35,913 nucleotides of DNA, from the NCBI GenBank assembly GCA_964509215.1, contig CAZDXK010000001.1, positions 1 through 35,913 on the forward strand, in the 5' to 3' direction. Shown one piece after another: positions 1 through 7,791 of the stretch. Below the pieces are notes generated by a model. That model worked only from the letters and a program-made list of their open reading frames with translations, had not been told where the DNA came from and did no database searches. The translations under genes and the position numbers were made by a program. Positions within the stretch are counted from its first letter, which is position 1. Each line of letters starts with the position of its first letter. The DNA is from an uncultured Actinomycetes bacterium (lineage in GTDB: Bacteria > Actinomycetota > UBA4738 > HRBIN12).

Positions 1-115
1 CGGGATCGACGGGGAATGGGCTCGCCATGGATACCACTCGCTACGAAGAGCTCACAAGACGCGGAGCGTGACGCGACCCTCGGTGAGCAGTCGCCCTACC
101 TTGTCATGGGCGTTC

Positions 116-955
116 TCACGAGGCATGGGAGGCCTCCGAACATGGAATGATTGCGTCGCGAAACTCGGTTTGACGCTTGCGTTGCTCCAGGAACTTCATG
201 CCCTCGGTGTGGCCGGCGTTGTGTGTGCCGTGCCGCAGCGCGATCAGGTCGAGATACTCCAGCACCTCATCCGCGATTTCAGGTTGGCGGGCGAAATATG
301 AGAACCGATGCCAGCCACGATCTCCAAGGGCCGCGCATCGGAACGCATCATGGGCGAGGAGGACCCGCTCCTGAACATAGGAGGCCCTCAGGAAGGTCTC
401 TTCTATGTTCGCCTGGGGAGGTGGAACGAAAACCGCGATGTTCGACGTCCCCTTGTCGTGCGGATTCCGCTTCAGCCAGCCGAGCTCGTCGAGTTTGATG
501 CGACTGAGGCGAACCGCGCATAGCGAGTGACCTGCTCTCATCGCGTGGGTCCGTAGGTCAAGCTTCATGTTCGCAACGCGGCCTCGCTCGAAAGCGATCG
601 AGAACGCTGCCTCGAGTGCGCGTCGAGCGCTTGCGAGCTCGAGCGGCCACGGTTCCCTGTCTACCTGTGCATAGATCGCCGCGAGCCGCTCAGTGGCTTC
701 ATACGGGGTCCACACGCGGGGTTCGTCCTTCGCGATCGCCGCGGCCTTCCGGGCGGTTCTCTCGGCGTAGTGGTGGGCGGCTTGAGATCCCCGCTCCACC
801 AAGATCCGCTCGTACTGGAGCGAGTGGTAGCCGTGCTTCGCGTGCCGTTTCGAGAGGGTTCGGACGATCGTCTGCTCGTCGTTCCCGAGGCAGACGAGCC
901 GCAACGCCCAGGTGAGGTCTTCGCTCAGATACCTGCCATCGTCGACTCGGCTCAT
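116..955 (-). CDS. hypothetical protein, possibly mobile-element associated (replication/primase-accessory-like); start uncertain (ATG 955 preferred over ATG 1072)
   Basis: Only long ORF with ordinary composition in the unique left flank (track ORF 116..1072). The first 39 codons are Arg/Gly/Pro-rich and look non-coding; the internal ATG at 955 is preceded by GGGAG. The segment LSEDLTWALRLVCLGNDEQTIVRTL...YAERTARKAAA weakly recalls helical modules of plasmid/phage replication proteins (memory only, unverified). Confidence 0.45.
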   Translation of the reverse strand: MSRVDDGRYLSEDLTWALRLVCLGNDEQTIVRTLSKRHAKHGYHSLQYERILVERGSQAAHHYAERTARKAAAIAKDEPRVWTPYEATERLAAIYAQVDREPWPLELASARRALEAAFSIAFERGRVANMKLDLRTHAMRAGHSLCAVRLSRIKLDELGWLKRNPHDKGTSNIAVFVPPPQANIEETFLRASYVQERVLLAHDAFRCAALGDRGWHRFSYFARQPEIADEVLEYLDLIALRHGTHNAGHTEGMKFLEQRKRQTEFRDAIIPCSEASHAS

Positions 956-1278
956 GGGAGGCGCTCCCAGACGCGCTGCGCGCCCTTGTGTCGAGTGACG
1001 GCGCGGCTCTCGACGAGGCCCGACGCAGACGATCCAGCCGACGTTCCGAGCGCAGTGGAACACCGATCCCATAGCCGGTGAGCGCCCGTGCTCGGAGCGG
1101 ATATCGTCGGCAGAGATGCGAGCACCGACGGGAAGCTGCCAGATCAGCTCAAGCGCACGCTCAGTCCATTCAGGATCGTTGCATGGGACTCAATTGACCT
1201 GCTGAGCCAACGACCTACCCCCAGCCCACGACGATGCAGGAATCGCCCCGGGGCTAAGGTCGCGGTCAGCGCCCCGTC

Positions 1279-1857
1279 CTAGGCCCGGACGAATCGGGCG
1301 GAACCAAGAACGGGCGCGATGAGCGTCTCGTTCCCGTCTGTCCACTTGACCCGGTAGCTCACGCTCAAGTCGCCGTGGATGACTTGAAGAATTTCCCCCT
1401 CGCGGGGTTGGGAGCCAACCTTGGGGGATTCGATGACGATGAGGTCGCCTCGCTTGGCTGGCATCGTCGTCGCGAGTGTGCGAGTTGCCGGCGTCGCGGT
1501 CTGCCCAGATGCCCTTGCGCCTCGGAGTGCAGGTCGTTTGGCCTGAGACGCGATTGGAGCTGAGCGACTCGCCGTGGCCCTCCTCGCTGTCGCCTTCTTG
1601 GCGATCGTCTTCTTCGCCATGACCTTCTTCGCGCTCTTCTTCCTGCCGGTGACCTTCCTCGCGACGGGCTTCTTGGCAATCGTCTTCTTGGCAGTCGTCT
1701 TGGCCGTGGTCTTCCTCGCAGTGGTCTTCCTCGGATTTGTCTTGCCAGGGGTCCTCCTCGCCGCGACCTTCCGGGCCGTCGACTTCTTCGCGCTGACCTT
1801 CCTTGCCGTCATCTTCTTGGTCGTTGTCTTCTTGGCAGTGGTCTTGTTCGCTGGCAC
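1279..1857 (-). CDS. Lys/Thr/Ala-rich basic (histone-H1-like) N-terminal tail fused to a DUF1918-like C-terminal domain
   Basis: 192-aa ORF. GTG start at 1857 is preceded by AGGAGGGG. The N-terminal ~100 aa are TAKK/TARK/AKK-type repeats. The C-terminus GDLIVIESPKVGSQPREGEILQVIHGDLSVSYRVKWTDGNETLIAP fits my recollection of the DUF1918 consensus (GDxLVI...R.GxI.EV...Y.VRW.DG.E...P). Confidence 0.75.
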   Translation of the reverse strand: MPANKTTAKKTTTKKMTARKVSAKKSTARKVAARRTPGKTNPRKTTARKTTAKTTAKKTIAKKPVARKVTGRKKSAKKVMAKKTIAKKATARRATASRSAPIASQAKRPALRGARASGQTATPATRTLATTMPAKRGDLIVIESPKVGSQPREGEILQVIHGDLSVSYRVKWTDGNETLIAPVLGSARFVRA

Positions 1858-2040
1858 GGTTCCCCTCCTGGCGCTAACAGCCGCATCGAGAGACTACTCC
1901 CCTTGGTACTCCTCGAAGCATGCTCGGGGCGGTCGGGAGTAGGTGAGTCCTGTCCTGAACGCCTCGTTCCGAGCGGTGCCATGCTGCCCGTCGAACTGAG
2001 CCAGGTAGGATCAGGCCGAGAAGGCGACAAGAGGCTCTTA

Positions 2041-2433
2041 TTAAGATCCTTCACGGTGTGAAACCAGCACCTAGGACGGATCGACCTGCGCACTAACCCT
2101 AGCCCCGATGTTCACGGCCAGGCCGCCGATCTTGCCGTTATGGTCGTGACTTCCCCGGTGTGGAGACCTGTTCGGTGACGGGAAGGCTCGACATCTTCTG
2201 ATCCACCCGTCTGACGAGCTCGCGGAGATCGTCGGCGACGTAGGTGGGACGCACCTCCGACGCCGCGAGCTCCTCCTTGGTCGACACCCCGTCAGCACGA
2301 GCAGGGAGTCCCAGCCGTCGTGGGAGTGACTTCGTATGCGTCCCACTGAGCCGGGCTGCGCTTGGCGCCGGTACGCTGGCGTCCGACACCATCCCTGGAA
2401 GTTGGTGAAGATTACCCAACTGCGCGACCTCAA
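2041..2433 (-). pseudogene. decayed class III adenylate/guanylate cyclase catalytic domain
   Basis: Frame 2071..2433 reads SWVIFTNFQG...GWDSLLVLTG...GKIGGLAVNIGARVSAQVDPS. An in-frame TAG (2073-2071) follows, then VLVSHREGS and TAA (2043-2041). This matches the cyclase motifs FTDIxG / GD / xAVNxAARV...GEVLVS, but with degenerate metal-binding positions (FTN, GWD) and premature stops. Only a TTG start is available, in the same frame directly after the ATPase stop. Confidence 0.45.
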
Positions 2434-2442
2434 TTTCCGGCC

Positions 2443-3408
2443 TCAAACGCCCAGCACATCCTCCGCACGGTGGCAGGACACGGTTCGGCCCGGTTCGACT
2501 TCCCGCAGCTGCGGCACCTCGACCCGACAACGGTCGACCGCGAGCTTGCACCGCGGATGGAAGGGGCACCCGAGTGGCGGGTCGGCTGGATCGGGGACGT
2601 TGCCCGGCAGCACCACGCGCGACCGGCGTGCCGCCAGATCGATCTCTGGTACTGCCGACCTGAGCGCCACCGTGTACGGGTGCGCCGGCCGGGCCAGCAC
2701 TTCCTCCGTCGGCCCCTGCTCCACGATCTTCCCGAGGTATAGGACCGCGGTCTCCTCGCAGAGCTGCTCCACAACCGCAAGGTTGTGGGACACGAGCACG
2801 TAGGCGAGCCCGCGTTCCTTGCGCAGCTTCCCGATCAGCTCGAGGATCCGCGCCTGCACGGTCACGTCGAGCGCGCTCGTCGGCTCGTCCAGCACCAGCA
2901 CCCGCGGCTCCACCGATAGGGCGCGGGCGATCGCGACTCGCTGGCGCTGCCCGCCTGATAGCTGATGTGGGTACCGCCCCGCGAAACCATCCGCCAGCCC
3001 CACCTCGGCCAACAGCGACTCAACCCTTCCCGGGATGTCCGCCTTGGGCACGATCCCGTGCGCGCGCAGCGGCTCTGCCACCGCCGCGCCGATCCGCACA
3101 CGTGGGTCCAGGCTCGTCGTCGGATCCTGGAACACGATCTGCACGGTTCGCCGGTACGCGCGCAGCTCACCGCCGCGCAGGCGCAGCACGTCCTGCCCCC
3201 CCAGCCGGATCGAGCCTCCCTCGGCATGAACCAGCCGCAGGAGCGCGCGAGCGATGGTCGTCTTGCCCGACCCACTCTCCCCCACGAGCCCGAGCCCGAA
3301 CGGGCCAATCGGCAACGAGAACGACACCCCGTCCACGGCGCGCACAAGCCCGAACCGGACATGAAGGTCCTCGACCTCCAGGAGCGGGGCGCCGGCGCTA
3401 TCGGTCAT
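2443..3408 (-). CDS. ABC transporter ATP-binding protein, oligopeptide/dipeptide (OppF/DppF-like)
   Basis: 321 aa. Walker A GESGSGKTT, signature LSGGQRQRVAIARAL, Walker B VLVLDEPTSALD, and a C-terminal Opp-type extension (HPYT...CPFHPRC). ATGA overlap with the upstream ATPase gene. Confidence 0.9.
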   Translation of the reverse strand: MTDSAGAPLLEVEDLHVRFGLVRAVDGVSFSLPIGPFGLGLVGESGSGKTTIARALLRLVHAEGGSIRLGGQDVLRLRGGELRAYRRTVQIVFQDPTTSLDPRVRIGAAVAEPLRAHGIVPKADIPGRVESLLAEVGLADGFAGRYPHQLSGGQRQRVAIARALSVEPRVLVLDEPTSALDVTVQARILELIGKLRKERGLAYVLVSHNLAVVEQLCEETAVLYLGKIVEQGPTEEVLARPAHPYTVALRSAVPEIDLAARRSRVVLPGNVPDPADPPLGCPFHPRCKLAVDRCRVEVPQLREVEPGRTVSCHRAEDVLGV

Positions 3409-4214
3409 CGAGGGCCCGGCCCCCCGATCCTGGGCACCGCCGCCACGAGCTCCCTCGTGTAGACGTGCCGCGGTTCGCCGAGCACCCGGGGCGTCGATCC
3501 TTCCTCGACGATCCGCCCCGCCCGCATCACCGCAAGGCGGTCGCAGAGCTCCGAGATCACCGCGAGGTCGTGGGTGATGAACAGCACGCTCATCCCCCGC
3601 TCGTCGCGGAGCCGGCGGAGCAGCTCCAGGATCTCGGCCTGCACCGTGACGTCGAGCGCGCTCGTGGGCTCGTCGGCGAGGAGCACCTCCGACCGGAGCG
3701 CGACCGCCATCGCGATGACCACACGCTGCGCCTGCCCACCGGAGAGCTGGTGGGGGTACCGCACCAGCAGCTCCGGTGAGAGCAGCACCGAGCGGAGCGC
3801 TTCGGCGGAGCGCTCGCGCGCCTGTTCACGGGAGGCGCCGTGCACCCGCAGCGTCCGCTCGAACAGCTCGCCCACACGGGTGAGCGGGTCGAGCGAGGCC
3901 ACCGGGCTCTGGAAGATCGCCGCAATGCGGCTGCCACGGATCTGGCGCAACCGATGCTCCGGGGCGCCGACGAGCTCCTCCCCGTCGAGCCGGATGCTCC
4001 CCTCGACCGTCGCCCCGAGCGTTCCGGCCAGCCCCAGCACGGCCAGCGACGTCATCGATTTCCCCGAGCCGCTCTCGCCGGCGAGTCCCAAGATCTCGCC
4101 GGCTCTCAGGTCGAGCCGCTCCAGCTCCACCACGCGTCGCTCGCCGAACCGGATCCGCAGGTCGCGCACTCCGAGCCGCGGTTCGCGTGCGGCTGTTGGC
4201 GTCGCGTCGCTCAT
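3405..4214 (-). CDS. ABC transporter ATP-binding protein, oligopeptide/dipeptide (OppD/DppD-like)
   Basis: Start set at ATG 4214 (MSDATPTAAREPRLGV...). Walker A GESGSGKS, LSGGQAQRVVIAMAV, LLADEPTSALD. The longer track ORF (to 5057) runs out of frame through the permease gene. ATGA overlap with the permease stop at 4211. Confidence 0.9.
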   Translation of the reverse strand: MSDATPTAAREPRLGVRDLRIRFGERRVVELERLDLRAGEILGLAGESGSGKSMTSLAVLGLAGTLGATVEGSIRLDGEELVGAPEHRLRQIRGSRIAAIFQSPVASLDPLTRVGELFERTLRVHGASREQARERSAEALRSVLLSPELLVRYPHQLSGGQAQRVVIAMAVALRSEVLLADEPTSALDVTVQAEILELLRRLRDERGMSVLFITHDLAVISELCDRLAVMRAGRIVEEGSTPRVLGEPRHVYTRELVAAVPRIGGPGPR

Positions 4215-5140
4215 CGCGACAGTACCCGCCTCGGGTCCAGGATCTCCCGGAGCCCGTCGCCGAGCAGGTTGAACGCCACCGCGGTGAGGAAGATCGCCGC
4301 GCCCGGGAACGTCCCTAACCACCAGTGGGTGGTGAAGAATGACAGACCCTGACTCACCATGAGGCCCCAGTCCGGGGTGGGATCCTGCGCACCGAGCCCC
4401 AGGAACGACAACGCGGAAGCCGTCAGGATCACGCCACCCACGTCCGACGAAACCTGGACGATCACCGGGGTGATGGAGTTCGGCAGGATGTGCCGCAAGA
4501 GGATCCGGCGGTGCGGGATGCCCAGGGCCCGAGCGCTTTCCACGAACGGGCGCCCAGCAACCGAAGCGGCCTGCCCGCGAACGAGCCGCGTGTACCAGGG
4601 CCACCAGGTGATCGCGATGGCAATCACCGTCGTGCCGAGCGAGGGCGTGAGGACCGCCGCGAACGCGAGCGCCAGAAGCAAGGCCGGAAAAGCCAGGAAC
4701 ACGTCGGTCACTCGCATGATGGTCTCGTCCACGATCCCACCGAAGTAGCCGGCTACGGTCCCGAGCGGCACGCCGACCACGGTCGAGATCACCAGCACCA
4801 GCACCGCGATCGTCGGTGAGATGCGAGCGCCGTAGATCACGCGCGACAGGACGTCCCTCCCCACCTGATCCGTGCCGAACGGATGCTGGAGCGAGGGCGA
4901 GAGCAGGATCTGGCTCGGGTGTGTGGCGCTTCCCGCGTCCTCCGGGAACGGCGCGAGCAATGGCGCGAGCAACGCCACCAGGACGATCAGCAGGGATAGC
5001 CCGGCGCCCCACGCGAGGAGCGGGTTCCGCCGGAATCCCGCGACGACGTCCCGCCACCGTCCGGGCGGTCTCGGCTCCGCACCTCGTTCCTCGATAACGG
5101 CGACCGCGCCGTCGTGGGCTCGTACCGGTTCGTCGGCCAT
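4211..5140 (-). CDS. ABC transporter permease (DppC/OppC-like)
   Basis: Start set at ATG 5140 (MADEPVRAHDG...). Multiple hydrophobic helices and a conserved loop ESARALGIPHRRILLRHILPN. 1-nt TGATG overlap with the upstream permease stop. Confidence 0.85.
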   Translation of the reverse strand: MADEPVRAHDGAVAVIEERGAEPRPPGRWRDVVAGFRRNPLLAWGAGLSLLIVLVALLAPLLAPFPEDAGSATHPSQILLSPSLQHPFGTDQVGRDVLSRVIYGARISPTIAVLVLVISTVVGVPLGTVAGYFGGIVDETIMRVTDVFLAFPALLLALAFAAVLTPSLGTTVIAIAITWWPWYTRLVRGQAASVAGRPFVESARALGIPHRRILLRHILPNSITPVIVQVSSDVGGVILTASALSFLGLGAQDPTPDWGLMVSQGLSFFTTHWWLGTFPGAAIFLTAVAFNLLGDGLREILDPRRVLSR

Positions 5141-6156
5141 CAGCTCAGCCGGATCCTCGGGTCGATGAGAGCCTGGATCACGTCGACCAGCGTGTTCCCC
5201 ACGACGTAGACGATTGCCACGAAGAGCGTCACGCCGACGATCGCCGGGGTATCGAGTGCCGACACGGCGTCGGCCGCGTAGCTTCCGAGGCCCGGTCGGT
5301 TGAAGATCGCCTCGACCAGGAAGGCGTTCACGATCGAGTACGCGAAGACGAGTGCGAGGATCGCCAACACCGGGTTCCACACATGTCGGAGGGCGAATCG
5401 CCCGAACACGCTCCGCTCGGAGAATCCCAGCGCGCGAACCATGCGGATGTGGTCCTCCCCGACCGTGTCGAGGACGGAGGCCCGGACCATCCTCGTGATC
5501 ACACCGAAGGGATAGGCCGCGATCACGACGGCCGGGAGGACGAGGTGCTGGAGGGTGCTCCAGAGCACCGGCCAGTTCCCGGTGATCAGCGAGTCGATCA
5601 CCGGCATGTTGGTGATGCTCCGGAGCGGACTCGTGTAGTCGAGGTCCGGGGCGTAGGTCCCCGCCACCGGCAACACCCGGAGCCACTGGAAGAACACGAG
5701 CTGGAGGATCAGCGCCAACCAGAACGAGGGCATGGACACTCCGAACACCGCGCCCAGGCGCGCGAGGAAGTCGGGGGCACGTCCCTTCCACCGCGCCGAC
5801 ACCAGCCCCAGTGGGACACCGACCACCAGGGCAAGGATCAATGCGGCGGCCACCAGCTCGATCGTCGCCGGCGCCCTCCGGGCGATGTCGGTGAGCACGG
5901 GGCGACGCGTCCGGAGCGACACCCCCCAGTCGCCTGAGGCGACCCCTCCGAGGTAGGCCACGATCTGAACGGGCATCGGTCGGTCGAGCCCGAGCTCATC
6001 GCGCGCTTGCTTCACCTGCTCGGGGCGGGCGCGCGGGCCCGCCCATGTGGCCGCCGGGTCGCCCGGGACCACGCGGGCGATCACGAACGTCAGGACCACC
6101 ACCCCCACCACCACGAGCGCGGCGAGAGCGACGCGACGGACGAGGTAGCGGCTCAC
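5140..6156 (-). CDS. ABC transporter permease (DppB/OppB-like)
   Basis: 338 aa, MSRYLVRRVALAALVVVG...GDP... typical N-terminus, multi-span membrane protein. GTGA overlap with the SBP stop (6153-6156). Confidence 0.9.
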   Translation of the reverse strand: MSRYLVRRVALAALVVVGVVVLTFVIARVVPGDPAATWAGPRARPEQVKQARDELGLDRPMPVQIVAYLGGVASGDWGVSLRTRRPVLTDIARRAPATIELVAAALILALVVGVPLGLVSARWKGRAPDFLARLGAVFGVSMPSFWLALILQLVFFQWLRVLPVAGTYAPDLDYTSPLRSITNMPVIDSLITGNWPVLWSTLQHLVLPAVVIAAYPFGVITRMVRASVLDTVGEDHIRMVRALGFSERSVFGRFALRHVWNPVLAILALVFAYSIVNAFLVEAIFNRPGLGSYAADAVSALDTPAIVGVTLFVAIVYVVGNTLVDVIQALIDPRIRLS

Positions 6157-7766
6157 GCCGCCGGCGTCAGCTCATAGCCGAAGACCACGTTCGGGTAGGC
6201 GGGGTCGTCCACGAACCCCTGCACCGAATCGAGCATCGCCCGCTGGTATACCTGCGTGTACAGGGGGATCGCCGGGTCGTCCTCGTACAGCGTCTCCTGC
6301 ATCCGAACGTACATCTGGCTCGCCGCATCACGATCGGTGGCCGCGACCACCGAGGCCTCGTCGATCTGCGCGTCGAGCTCCGGGTTCGAGTAGTAGGACA
6401 GATTGAAGAACGGCTCCTGCTCGGTGCGGAACAGGTTGAAGAACCACGACACCGGGTCGGGATAATCCGGCCACCAATAGAAGATGAAGATGTCCTGGCG
6501 CTCGGCGGGGTTCGCCGACTTCCCTTTGTCCCACTGCGTCTGCCATTGGTACCCGCGAACTTGCAGATCGACGTTCAGGTCGGCGAGGTTCGACTTCATG
6601 AGGGTCGCCACGGTCTCCTCGTCGGCGTCGCCCTTCAGGTAGGTGAGCTCGAGCTTGAGCGGCTGGCCGCCGGGGCCGTAGCCCGCCTCCGCGAGAAGCT
6701 CGGTGGCGAAGGCCTGGTCGTACTCGTAGCCGGAGAGGTCATCGGAGTGGCCCCAGAGCCCCGGTGGGATGACGCCCACGAGCGGGTCGGCCGCGCCCTG
6801 GAGGGCCTGGATGATTCCGTCGTAGTCGATCCCGTACGCGATCGCCTCGCGCACGCGGTCGTCGGCGAGCGGACCGTCACTCGTGTTCAGCAGCCCGAAA
6901 AGCGTCTGCCACGAAGGTGCGGTCGTCGTCTCGAATCCTTCCTGGCCCTCGAACGATGCCCACAGCTGCGGACTCATCCGCTGGACCATCGTGACCTCGC
7001 CGGCACGAAGCAGCTGCGCGGCGGTGGACGCTTCCGGCGTCACGCGGAACACGTAACGCTCGTAGTGGTCGCCGTCCCATCCCCCCCAGTAGTCGGGGTA
7101 AGCCTCCATCCGAAGCTCGATCTCCTCGCCGGGATTGAACTCAGTGGCGGTGTACGGGCCGGTGCCGGCGTCGTTCCCCTCCGCGAACCACTCCCCGAGG
7201 TCGGCCCCGCCCGCGGCCTCCGTGTCGTAGATGAACGCGGAGTACGTGCCGGACGCCACCAGGTCGAGCGGCGACGGGTACGCCAACTTGAACACGAGCG
7301 TCCGCTCGTCCGGCGTCTGGATCTTCTTGACGGCCCCCCAGATGTACGCGGCACCCTGCCCGAGCTCCATCGTCCGTTCGATCGCCGCCTTCGCAGCCTC
7401 GGCGGTGAGCGCGCGTCCCGAGTGGAATGTCACGCCGTCGCGCAGCGAGAAGGTCCACGTGAGGCCGTCGGCTGAGGGCTCCCAGCTCTCCGCGAGCAGC
7501 GGCTCCACTTGCTGGGTCGCCGAGTCGTATCGCGTGAGGGTTTCGTAGAGGTTGTGCATCGCGATGACCTCGTTCGAGTACCCCGTTGCGGGGTCCCAGC
7601 CGATCATGACCTCGGAGGTCACCGAGTAGGTGAACGTCTGCGGCCCGGCCTGCCCGGACGGCTGCGGACTGGGACCCTCACCCCCCGCGCCCTCGCAGGC
7701 CACGGCAACCAGCGCCAGCACCGCCAGCGCCGCGATACAGCGTTCCCGGATCCGGATCATCGCCAT
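6153..7766 (-). CDS. ABC transporter substrate-binding protein, family 5 (peptide/nickel/opine type), probable lipoprotein
   Basis: 537 aa. Signal-like N-terminus ...IAALAVLALVAVAC followed by a Gly/Pro/Ser linker. Family-5 SBP-like body. SD GGGAGGGG lies directly upstream of ATG 7766. Confidence 0.9.
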   Translation of the reverse strand: MAMIRIRERCIAALAVLALVAVACEGAGGEGPSPQPSGQAGPQTFTYSVTSEVMIGWDPATGYSNEVIAMHNLYETLTRYDSATQQVEPLLAESWEPSADGLTWTFSLRDGVTFHSGRALTAEAAKAAIERTMELGQGAAYIWGAVKKIQTPDERTLVFKLAYPSPLDLVASGTYSAFIYDTEAAGGADLGEWFAEGNDAGTGPYTATEFNPGEEIELRMEAYPDYWGGWDGDHYERYVFRVTPEASTAAQLLRAGEVTMVQRMSPQLWASFEGQEGFETTTAPSWQTLFGLLNTSDGPLADDRVREAIAYGIDYDGIIQALQGAADPLVGVIPPGLWGHSDDLSGYEYDQAFATELLAEAGYGPGGQPLKLELTYLKGDADEETVATLMKSNLADLNVDLQVRGYQWQTQWDKGKSANPAERQDIFIFYWWPDYPDPVSWFFNLFRTEQEPFFNLSYYSNPELDAQIDEASVVAATDRDAASQMYVRMQETLYEDDPAIPLYTQVYQRAMLDSVQGFVDDPAYPNVVFGYELTPAA

Positions 7767-7791
7767 CCCCTCCCTCGGGTTGCGCAGCGGG

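Noticed and set aside
1088-1282. 64-aa plus-strand ORF crossing the A|copy junction
   Set aside because: Its reading frame is not preserved at the equivalent B|copy junction (19044), where the upstream sequence differs and a 1-nt indel occurs. It has no SD and lies in the region downstream of the DUF1918-fusion gene on the other strand.
1574-1942. 122-aa plus-strand ORF with striking FLAVVFLAVV hydrophobic repeats (also at 19434..19802)
   Set aside because: It is the exact antisense of the Lys/Thr/Ala-rich repeat gene. Reverse complements of AAG/ACC/GCC codons give CTT/GGT/GGC-type frames that translate to Phe/Leu/Val/Ala. There is no SD, and the minus-strand gene has a strong SD and a recognisable C-terminal domain.
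2433-3408. Stop-codon read-through producing an OppF-cyclase fusion protein
   Set aside because: The cyclase remnant is in frame after the ATPase TGA. However, it has degenerate catalytic residues and two further in-frame stops, and I know of no such fusion architecture. It is more simply a truncated pseudogene.
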